A stretch of DNA of 64,000 bases from positions 61,635,741-61,699,740 of the forward strand of contig CM041465.1 in NCBI GenBank assembly GCA_023213395.1. The letters are read 5' to 3'. Below the pieces are notes generated by a model, which saw only the letters and a program-made list of their open reading frames with translations, ran no database searches and was not told the DNA's origin. A program made the position numbers and the translations under genes. This stretch comes from Cycas panzhihuaensis. Taxonomy: Eukaryota; Plantae; Cycadophyta. Below, one piece after another: positions 53,200 to 64,000 of this stretch. Every line of letters starts with the position of its first letter. Position 1 is the stretch's first letter.

Positions 53200-53960
53200 A
53201 AGAATAATATGATCAAAATTTGGAGATAGTATGATCAATAGAGGAAGGTATAGGAATCAATCGATAAGGAGATGGTAATAAATAACATTAATTCTAACTG
53301 TGGTGAAGAAAAAGAAGAAATATAATTGGAATGATTATGATTTATACTAACAAGGTGTCAAGTAGGGTTCGATCATAAATAAGTCCATAGTGGACCCAAG
53401 AAGCTAGGTCTGAAAATCTTGAATAACTCATATAAATGAACCCAACCTACAGATAGATAGGCAGGGATGAAGTCGTCATGCAACTTCCCCTGGATTATAA
53501 GAGGATGATAACAATATGCATTTTCTTTTTTTTTCTTGATAAGAAGAGAACCATAATCATCTAATTATGAAATTACTTTACTCAACATAGCAAGGATTCA
53601 TCCTTTTTAACATAATCTAGAATAAAAGAGACCAATCTCCTTAAGGATTAAAACACGAGAAAAGAGAAAATCAAAATCATAATGTCTCCAAATATAAAGG
53701 GAAGGTAGAAGAATAGGTATCTACTTCAAAAGATCAATAGAGTAGACCAAGGATAATAAAGACAGTCAATGACAATAAGTGATATATGGCAAAACAGAAA
53801 ACCTCAAAGTGAAGTACTAGAAAATAAAAGTACTTGAACCAATAACTAAGTACTTGAAGTTAATGAAATTGTTTCTCTTTCCAGGACAAAAATATGATCA
53901 GGCTAGGGGCCCATATTATCCTTTGAGTATGGAACTCAAAAGAGAATAATATCCAAATAT
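53200..53960 (-). pseudogene. Unknown extra-ORF relic upstream of aRH (Tat-B)
   Basis: Homologous to 22950-24000. PLIIQGKLHDDFIPAYLSVGWVHLYELFKIFRPSFLGPLW. Confidence 0.55.
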
Positions 53961-54139
53961 GGTGATAAAACATTCATGATTAATATAAATGCTATAAAGA
54001 GTAAAATACTTACATGATCACGAGTAGGATCTCAAATAAAAACATAACAATACTCAGGAGAATACAAGAAAAGACCAAAAAGAAGAAGAGATTGCCTATA
54101 ATTTTATCTTATTAGGCAAAGAGAAAGATTCAGAGCTAT

Positions 54140-57100
54140 AGTTTATCCTTATTATAGAGGGGAACTAGCTCCCAAGTTAATAATTTTAGGAGCACCTCCC
54201 ATGTCTAAGTCTACATTAATGGTTTGATCCATAAACATCATGTTTCCTTCCTCAAAATAAGGAGGAGCAAGCTCTATTAAAGAATTTGACTCCTAAGGTT
54301 GGGAATAGTTGTCTAGTGCTTTTGAAGAACCCAACCTATGATGTCTATTAAGAAGCTAAGGAGATGAACCTGCTTAATGCTCTAATTACCTATCATTCTC
54401 AAAGTGGTCTAAATGGAAGAGATTAATGAGGAGAAGGTTTCTAAGTAGAGCAATAGACAAAGAGAGACACCTAAAAGATCAAAGAGAATCAACTAAAGAG
54501 TTTGGGCTTGTGAGAGTGAACTCAATGATTAAAGGAATATGAGAAAAGAAAATAGGCCTAATAACAAACTCCTAAGTCAAAGTAAAGATTTGATTAAATT
54601 CTTATTGATACTCATAACACTCTTGGTTAGACAAAGACATCAGGATGAGGAAAGGTAAGGAAGAATCCACATAAGGACAAAAAGGAAAAGAAATGTTGGA
54701 AATTGAATTGACTTCATGTACTATAATAGAAGCATTATGACTACTTTGACTAATATCAAGTGAATCAATATCTTTGCCCTCTAATTCTAAGCCTGGGTAT
54801 CAATGTAGAAATATCTTCTTCTTATGTCTATTCAACCATGTCATAAAGAAAGAAGATCGAGAGAAAGATGGGGAAGCATCAATACATGAATTATATATAG
54901 ATGAAGTTGAACATATTCTTGACAAAAGATTAGTAATAGAAGAAACCATAGCATTTTCCTATGTGGGCAAACACAAAACCTATGAGAAGTGTGAGGAAAT
55001 AGGAAGGAAAGCATTTGTATCAGTAAAACTAGACATAAGTAGGCCTCCATGAGATATAATAAAAAGGGGAGTTACTTCTTTATCAAGAATAGAAGAAGAA
55101 GAAGCCAAAGACCGATTATTTGAGTCTAAAGAAATAGGAATAGATGAGGTACCTAATGACAAAGGAATAATCTCAACCAAATCTACATCCTTTACTTTTG
55201 GATGAGTAGAAGGAGCTTCAATAAAAAAGTATTCACCTAAACTAAGTTATTGAAAGAAGTACTTCAAAGAGTTTGAGGATTCACTAGCTTATAAAAAAGT
55301 CTCAATAAAAGGAACTGATTATTTAATGGGATTTAACTTTCACTTGATGATTTTTAATTATCCCTTATGGATAAACCTAAGTTTACCAAAGAGGGAGGAA
55401 TAAACCACTGACATTTGGGTAATACCTAAAAGAATATTATACTCTAAGTCAAGATCAATAATAGTAATCTTGGTAAGAACTATCTTTTCTTCTAAGGTGA
55501 GAGGAAGAGTGGCTTGACTTAGGGGCATTTTTTGATTCTTGTCATACCCCTAGCAAATCCATTTACATGGATTGATAAATAGAAATCTCCAAATCCTCAA
55601 CAAGATGAAGAGGGATTACATTGATAGATGAACCCTCATCAATTATAATTTGCTTAATATTAATACCATCCTTTATAATTTTGATATAAAATGGAGGCAT
55701 GCCATTTGGTGCATGAGCATAATGACTAGGCAAGGTAGCTAGGTCAAAGGAAAGCATAGAGATAGATGAAGAAACTACTACAGGAACTTTTAATACATCA
55801 AATAAGAGTTGGCATTATTTAGGGTAAAACTTCAGAAAATTAATAACCAATATAACAATTGGAATTATCTTTAATTCCTCTACTAATGAGAAGGATCCAT
55901 CCTTTATACTAGAGGAAATGGAGCTAAACTTAATAGGATGTAAGGGTATTAGAGGTAAAGAGTTAAGATTCCTTATCATCAAACCATCAGGTGATTTAGA
56001 TGGACCTGTACTCTTTGTTATCTCCACCATATTTATAATTCTTTTGGTATCACCACCTTTAGGAGGTAGGTGAGATTGATTGCTAGTTCTTTTTGTTAGA
56101 GAGTTTGAGGGAGGGGTAGCCTTCTTTGATGAATTAGAACTTAAACGTTTAGCTTCATCACCTTATACCTACTTTTCCTTACCTTTATCATCTTTATTAA
56201 ATTTCTTGTTATGTTGAGGTAACAGATCCTTATGGATCATTTAGTCTTGAGATAACTTAGAGGAGTAGTTTGGTTGGACATTTATATTTTGATTTGTATT
56301 TTGAATAGTACGACACTCACTTCTATCATGCACATCCATTTGATGGTATGAGCACCATTTTATTTTTCTAAAGGAAGGGGGAGGTGGAGGAGGGGCTTGT
56401 TTCTTCCTTCCTTTAGTGAGATGAGTAACTTTGGTCTCCTACAAAGGCTAGATTTAAGAAGGACCATCAACATGTAACTTAGTGTTGATTATACACTCTA
56501 ATGATCTGATTGAAGAAGCCAAGTGATCATAAATGGGTTCAAAATGGGAAGTCTTTTTTGTTTGAACTATTTCTTTAGAAGGCATAGGTTTCCTAACCTT
56601 CTTAATACCCATTTAAATCTTGAACGTTTCTAAGACTAAGCATCAATAAACTACTTCTTTATACATTTAAGGACTAAGTTTTAGGACTTCTAAGTGTATA
56701 TGGGGCCTCAAAGCATTAGTAAATAGATTGAACAATAGGCTAGAATCAAGACATGAGTAACATGCATGTACCTAGTATTGAAATATTCTAATAAAGTCTC
56801 TTGAGGTCTCATCATGGTTATACTTGATGGATAATAAAAATTTAATGCCTAATTCAAAGGGTCTTGCTATATCAAAATAGTTGATGAAACAGTCAACTAA
56901 TTACTGGAAGGAGAGGAGGGAGGATGAAGAAAGGCAGTAAAACCACTTCATGGCATTGCCTTAAAGAGATTTATGAAATAGGTGTATTATGACATAATTA
57001 TAGATCATAAAGTCCACATAAGTAAGTGTGAATACCTATATATGGGAGGAAGGATCCTGAGAAGGGTCACTAAAAAATTTAGGCAACTTGAGAAGGAATG

Positions 57101-58368
57101 GAGGCATAGGAGATAAGAGAATCTTGCATGAAAATAGGGATTTCATTTAATCAAGGAAATGCCTCCTTGGCCTCAACGTAGTAGAACATTGAGATGAAGA
57201 AGACAATGGATGGGGAATAGATGAATGAATAAGTTGTTGTAACTATTATTATTATTGTGGTTGTGAAATATCATGAGATGGAAAATAGGTGGGGGATTAA
57301 ACCACACTACATGATTAACCATAGAGTTGGTTTGGGGGATAAGATGTTGTGGAAAATTTGGATTGAAAGTGGAAAAATGATTAACTTATGGAGTAGGTTT
57401 AAGAATGTGCGAAGAGGAAGTGGGATTAGAAACTCTCAAAGCTTGTAATTGACTAGCTGAAGCATGAGGATGGATGGAATGAGTATAAGAAATATGTTGA
57501 GAAGAGGTAACCATGTTAGATGCTTTAGGAGATGGTGGACAAGGTCTAACACTATGAGACAAAGTGGTATGTGATACGGGAGAGGGTAACTGAGTGGTAG
57601 AAGGAATAGGATGAGAAGAGGCACTAGTGGTATAACAGTGGATAGGTCATAAATTAGGTGATAACATAGCCACTTGACTAGAATTGGTATATGAGAGACA
57701 TTAGGGTTACCATAGGAGAAAATGGTAGTAGTACCCTCATGAATAGAAGGTATGGTATGAGGAGAGTGGATCCAAACTTGTTGTCTAGGAGGAGAGTGGT
57801 GGGACTATGAATAGGTTGACTTAAGGTCATCTCCTTCCTTTAAATGAGGAGAGTGGGGTCTCAACAAAAGTCTAGGTGAAGGAGGGTGAGAAGGATGAGG
57901 ATACTGAATGGCATCAGGTGGAGGATCTACTTTTATTGACTCATAATCCTAACCTAAAAGATCAATCTAAAGATATTGTTGTGGGGATGTCATGGTATAA
58001 GTCTCTAGATAAAATGGATCTTAGTAATTAGGCATGTGTAGTGGAGTAGGAATCTGAGTGAGAACTGACTTAAAGAATGATGAATGTGGTTGACTGAAAG
58101 GTGGTTCTTGTTGTGCAAATGAAGGATTTACAAAAGAAGGATCACTAAGATATTGAGAGGGTTCAAGGAATCCTTGTTCCATGAGTATATTATACAATTG
58201 GGTTGATTCTTTAGGGGGATAAACATAGGTAATATAAGCTTGAAGTTCTAAAGATTCAACATACAATGATGAGACTTCTTAACCAAAGTATAAAGGATGT
58301 ACTTGAGGATCTGATAGAAGGCCTTGGAGCCTCAAAGAGCGCCTAAGAGTAGGTGCTATATTTTCCAT
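54140..58368 (-). pseudogene. Tat-B gag-protease-linker, ending at the pre-RT motif
   Basis: MENIAPTLRRSLRLQGL start, Pro-rich region, gag core, KWCSYHQMDVHDRSECR knuckle, PR IIIDEGSSINVIP, pre-RT APPYFEEGN..PKIINLG, then no RT. Confidence 0.85.
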
Positions 58369-58395
58369 TGCTTTAAAGAGAAAATAAATAGTAGC

Positions 58396-58413
58396 TCCCT
58401 AGTATAGTTACCA
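58396..58413 (-). promoter_or_regulatory. Tat-B primer-binding site (tRNA-Arg type)
   Basis: TGGTAACTATACTAGGGA, readable as a deaminated TGGCGACTCyrCTGGGGA, the Arg PBS of Ogre/Tat elements. Confidence 0.75.
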
Positions 58414-58419
58414 AAAATA

Positions 58420-60777
58420 TGGTGTCATCTCTAGTGAACCTAAGCTAGATATCTCTTAGTCAATGAAGTGTTTCATTTATTTTAATTAGGATTAGGAGAT
58501 ATGAAGTTTAAGAAGACTTAAGTAACCACCTTTGGCTAACTCCTAAGAAGGAGTCTTCACCTAGTTATACTATCAAATAAGATATGAAATGAGAAGAGTT
58601 ATGAAAGGTTTGGATTTAAGGGAGGTGATAGAATCTACTAACCTATACAATTGGGTGAAGGAGTTCTAGATTTTGAGCTTCTCTAATAATATTTTCTATG
58701 TCCTTCCTAGGGACTCCTATCTTTTGATTCTTTCAACGTTTTGAGTTTTCCTTGAATAAAAGGAAAGGATTAAGCAAATTGAAAGGTTTTCTTTCTTCTT
58801 CTTTTTTTTTGTACTTTTTATTTTATTTGTTTTATTTTTTCTTTCTATTTAGAAAAATGAAACAAAATAAACTAAGGTAATCAATGAAGCAATAAGGTCT
58901 ATTTTACCTTTAACTAATAAGCAAAGAAAAACTAGAACTAGATGCATGTAATGTATTTTTGTTTTTTTTCACTTTAAAGATGAAACACACTAATGAAAAT
59001 ATGAAACTATTCTTTTAAACACATTATGCATACTTCACTATCAAAGAAAAGACACCAATAAAAAATATAACACACCATGTAATTGCTCTATGTAAACTTT
59101 CAAATAATATGTAATATTAATTAAAAGATTTTTATTTCATATATATATAGTCTTTTCTTTGAATAAATATTCTATGATGCAAAGGAAAGACTTTCCAATA
59201 TATATTACTACTAATAAAATGAATTTTTAGACCTTTAGAATTATATACAAATAACAAAGCCTCAATAGCAATCCTCATATATGATACTATCCCTACAACT
59301 TTAAGATTCTTTCTCAATTGGAGTAAGAAAGACTCCAAAAAGATCCTCGAATCTCTAATAGTTTAAAAAATCAAGCACATATTTCATTCAATACTTTAGA
59401 TTTTCTTTTCAAAGGATGAAAGCAAACCTAAGAGTGAAACCATGTAAACAATGAAATTAAGACTTCTTTCCTAGTACAAAAATTTACCTCAAAATGGTAC
59501 TTTTCTTTTAATTGATCAATTCTTTCTAAGTTTCTCCTTTAAAACAAGTAAAGAAAGAGAAGAAACAAGCATAAAAAGTTAAATGATAGCCAAATAAAGC
59601 CAAAAGAGATGGCAAACTGCTTGGAATATAAACTGTTATACAAGAATGAGAAGAGGTAACTATTTGAATGGTGGAGAGATGACCATGCCCCCCCTTAATC
59701 TATCCCTTATGGACCCCACAAAGGGATAGACTTTTAGCTAATATTCCAAGCTATAAGTATATATAAAAGTACCATAATAACCAACCAAAAGAAATAGCAA
59801 GTTTTAAGCAAGAAATAACCTTTGAAAAATAATGAAATGAGTAAAAATTACATAAGAAAGAACTTACCAATTTAGAAGAATTTTGAGATTGAAAACTTGA
59901 GAAAGACCACAAAACTTGAAAATTAAACCATCAACATTCAAATATCAATAGAGCAGTAGGTCACAACATCGAAATATTCTCTTAATTTCACCCATAAGCA
60001 TCACTAAAATTAATCTTGAAGTCAAAGTAGAAACAGTCCCCAAAAAATCTCTAAAAATCACTACAAATTCACATATTATTGAAGCTTGAATAATTCACTT
60101 TCTTACCCTCAATGAGAAATAACAACCCTATTCTAATCATTTTTAGGCATCCAAAGGATATGATTCCATCAAATCTAGGTGATGACATATAAAAAACTGG
60201 TGTGGTAGCTGAGTTTTGCATGCATGATAGTAAAAAATATGACTACTCATATTTTTAGACCTACGAAAAATGTGACTTTATTCTAAAAATATGACTGGTC
60301 ATATTTTTTATAACATCAAAAACACGATAAATAGGGAAGTAAAAATTAACTCATTGAAAAGTTAAAAATATAGTTTTTAAATATAAATTGGAGTATAAAT
60401 GGCTTTATGAAAGAGTAAAATGTCCTCAAATAAGATGAAAGCGATGAGCACAAGCCCAAAAATGATTAAAAATGATAAAAAGTAGATGAAATCAAGAATA
60501 AAATATAAAAATAATAAGCTTTAAAGGAAATGCTAGATTAAATTAATCATGAAGGAAAATGTTTAGTGTCATAGTCTCAAATATTAGTAGCTGGTAGCAT
60601 ATTACATATCATATCATCTTTCATCATATATCATAAAGCAAAAATTAGTATATTAATTCATCAAAACATGGCCTAAATCATCACTAAACAAGTCCATCAT
60701 TTACTTTTTCATGAAATTCTACAAGAAACACATCAAAAGTTACAAATGTAAATAAGAGGCCAAGCTTTGGTGAAATG
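58420..60777 (-). repeat. Tat-B 5' LTR (2358 bp)
   Basis: Aligns with the split LTR at 36637-42863. Followed by TSD CTCTT. Confidence 0.93.
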
Positions 60778-63700
60778 CTCTTCAAGAATTGTCTTAAGCT
60801 AGATAGCCTTAGTAGCTACACTAATAATGGCTTTATACTCTACTTTAGTTAAAGATAAAGTGATATTAAGTTGCTTTTTATTATCCCATGAAATTGAAGT
60901 AGAACTCAGGTTAAAACAATAGCCTAAGGTTGATCTACAACTATCTTTATATCTAGTTGAATCTACATCTTTGTAACCTATTAATAAAGGATTATCCACA
61001 TGATAGTAATCACATCCATATTAGAGAGTACCAAAAAGGTATCTCAGGATCCTCATAATTGCTTTCTAATGTGAAATCTTAGCCTTTATCATAAACCTAG
61101 AATAGATCCTAATGAGATAGGTAATATTAATTCAAGTAAGAGTGAGGTAAATTAATTTCTCCATAAGTTGCCTATATAATATAGGATCCACAGGTTTTCC
61201 ATGTTTAATAGTGTCCAATTTTAGACCTATCTCTATAAGAGTTATAAATGGTTTGTATTCATCCATCTTGAATTTTTGAAGAATATCCTTTATATATTTT
61301 GACTATAAAAGGAAAATATGGCTTGGATCATAGTAGACTTCCATGAAAAGAAAGTAGTGAAGTAACTCAAGGTCAATCATCTTACAACTATTGTTTAATT
61401 TTCCTTGGATATGTGTAATCTATGCTATGGCATTACTAGTTATTAATGAATCATTAATATAAAGTACAATTAGAGTGGTCAAACCATTATGGATTCTTAT
61501 ATATATATTTATATCTAAAGATGAGTGAATGATTCTATGCTTTTGATATTATTCATTAATCTTCATGTAGTAGGCATGAAGTGATTACTTAATGCCATCT
61601 AATGCCATTTTCAATTTATAGACTAGGTGTTCTTTTTCTTAAACAACAATGTTATGAGGTTGATTTATATATATTTTCTCCTAGAAGTTGTCATTCAAGA
61701 ATGTACTTTTTATATCCATCTAGTAAACATGCCAATTGAATTGAGTTGTAAGTGCCAAAATAAGCCTAACAATGGTCATGTTGGTAACTAGTGTAAATCC
61801 ATCATCATAATCAACACCTTTAACTTATTTGAAACCTTTGGTAACCAAACATACTTTCTGTCATTGAATGTATTTATCTACATAAAATTTTATTTTATAA
61901 ATCCATCTATAATTGGTAGATTTCTTACCTTTAGACACCTCAACAAGCTCCCATGTAGCGTTTTATATGATAGAATCTATTTCTTCAGTCATTGTTGCCT
62001 GCCATTTTGGATCTACAACTACTTCCTTAAAAGTGTATGATTTAGTATCTAACAATACTTTTACCTAGGCAAAGTTAGTGGATGACCTATATTTTGATTA
62101 TCTCTTTGCTTATTGTGGTGGTGAAGGAGTAGAAGATATTGTTTGCATGTGCCATTTGGTTAATTGCTTTGAAGTGGTCTCATCCTAAATGTACTTTAAA
62201 GGACTCATTGGAGTAGATACAGATGTAGAGCAAGAGGTATTTGTTCTTCAAGAATATTTTGTAAATTAGGAGGAGTAATATAAGCTTTATCATATTAATC
62301 ATTAAAGAATGAAATCTATGTGATATCCAAATCTTAGTTCTCTTCTAAAAAAATAATATCCTGATATGTATACATTTGCTTAGTGGTAAGATTAGACGAT
62401 TTATATGCTTTATAGCCAAGTTGATAACTAATAAAGATATATTTCCTACTCTTATCATGTAACTTTTTCCTTTGTTCTTTTAGTATGAGCATGTACATTA
62501 TACAACCAAAAGTGTATAAATATGAGACCATGGGCTTTTGACTTGACTAAGCCTCCTTAGGAGTAATGTTTAATATTGCCTTGGTTGGACTTCTATTTAT
62601 GAGATATATTGCTATATAAAGGGCTTCAACCTATAATTAAAGTCTTAAATTCTTGGTAATAAGCATGGCTTTGGCTTTATTAACTAATATCTAATTCATT
62701 CTCTCAGTATCTCCATTTTGCTGAGGTGTGTATGGGTCAGAAAAATACCATTTGATGTTATTATTCTTATAGAATTGGGTGAACTCATTTGATGTATATT
62801 CATCTACTTTATCACAATGAAGGATTTTGAGTGGATTTCCATATTCAAGTTCAATGTCATGCCTAAATTCTTTGAATTTATCAAAGGATTTTGATATCTA
62901 CTTCAAGAAATATACCCACATCTTTTTGGAGTAGTCATCAATAAATATGATGAAATAATGATAGCCTCCAAAGGATGCCTATGATATAGACCCATACATA
63001 TCTAAGTGTACTAGGCCTAAAGGTTCCTTAGCATGCTAAACTCTTCCATCTTATTTGAATGGATCTTGATGATGTTTGTTGATAGTATAAGACTTACAAA
63101 TATATTTTGTTTACTTTATATTTTATATACTAAGTACCATATTTAATTTATAAAGTAGATAAGGTCTATTCATGTTTAAGTGACCTAGACATTAATGTCA
63201 TAACTGGTACTTTGGAAGTTTAAGAGAAAAAAATTCCTTTGAAGTAAATTGATCACTTCAATATAATGTTGGAGTTAAAGGATTATAAGTGGAAGTTGAA
63301 TTACTATAAGAGCCAAATTCATGTAACTAAATCAATGGTTTGGTTATAACATCAAGATTTTATAGTCCTTGATCTTCATATCCTAAGGCAATTAGGTTGT
63401 CATTTAGATCTATAATTAGGTATTTTCTAAAATGGCTAAACAAAACATCAAAGTTTTGCTTATTTATTTAACTAACTAATAATAGATTACATGTTATACG
63501 GTACACAGAAAACATTATTGATATGATGTAGAGTATCTAAATTCTTTAATGAGATAGGAACATTACTAATCTTAGTGACCTCTAAAATACCATCATCTCT
63601 AAAAGTGACTTATTAATCTTGAATTAGACTTGTATTAGTGAAAAGTTCTTCTAAACTAATCATATACTAAGAGCTATATAAATCGATGAACTAGGATATA

Positions 63701-64000
63701 TAAAAATAATGAGTTAATAAAGTAGCAAAGAAAATATTTTGAGAGTAAACCATATGGCCTCCTCGATTCTGTCTCTAGTTGTGATTCTTATTCTGTTGGT
63801 TCCTTTAAGGAGTATTTTGATTTTGTCTCCTTAATCCTTAGTGATTAAGCCAATTTTGTCTCTATGGTCCTTAATAATTTCTACATCCATGATTTTATTA
63901 CCTTACATAACAAGGCAGTTCTAAAACTATTATTGTTAAAGGTTAGCTCTCTTTTTCATGCAATCAGGTGTTATACATCTAAGATTACTATAATGGTGAT
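60778..64000 (-). mobile_element. Host Ty1/copia C1, main body (gag end, PR, INT, RT, RH start), heavily decayed; runs off window
   Basis: IIFIDDYSKKMWVYFLK, PYTPQQNGDTE, LVTKGFK, *MDIKSTFLN, RSTLGYCFNL..SISW..K..Q. Frame resumes at 36631. Confidence 0.92.

Overview
This window is AT-rich, strongly CG/CHG-depleted plant heterochromatin made almost entirely of decayed, nested retrotransposons. The element types suggest a large gymnosperm-type genome (inference). I see no host gene, RNA gene or CRISPR array. Left to right: (1) chromodomain Ty3/gypsy G1 (~1-5160). (2) Gypsy G2, split by an apparently full-length RNase H-bearing L1 LINE with a 17-bp TSD (6748-12397). (3) Truncated gypsy G3 (16.6-19.8 kb). 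(4) Tat-type gypsy Tat-A (minus, ~20.9-32.3 kb). (5) A 3' fragment G4 of the G1 family. (6) A three-level nest: host copia C1 contains Tat-B (36637-60777, 2.3-kb LTRs, TSD CTCTT), which itself carries a gag-only copia C2 and a Tnt1/Tork-like copia C3. The main signal is a 3' accessory module shared by the two diverged Tat elements. It consists of an unknown extra ORF ending in an archaeal-type RNase H, placed ~2 kb downstream of integrase, and an antisense Plant Mobile Domain (PMD)-like gene with an intron at the same position in both copies. Tat-B keeps this module but has no RT, RH or INT. A second signal is that three unrelated copia elements, and possibly Tat-B, place their polypurine tract in the loop of a stem formed between U3 and the internal sequence. 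All alignments and translations were done by eye, and boundaries without a TSD are approximate.
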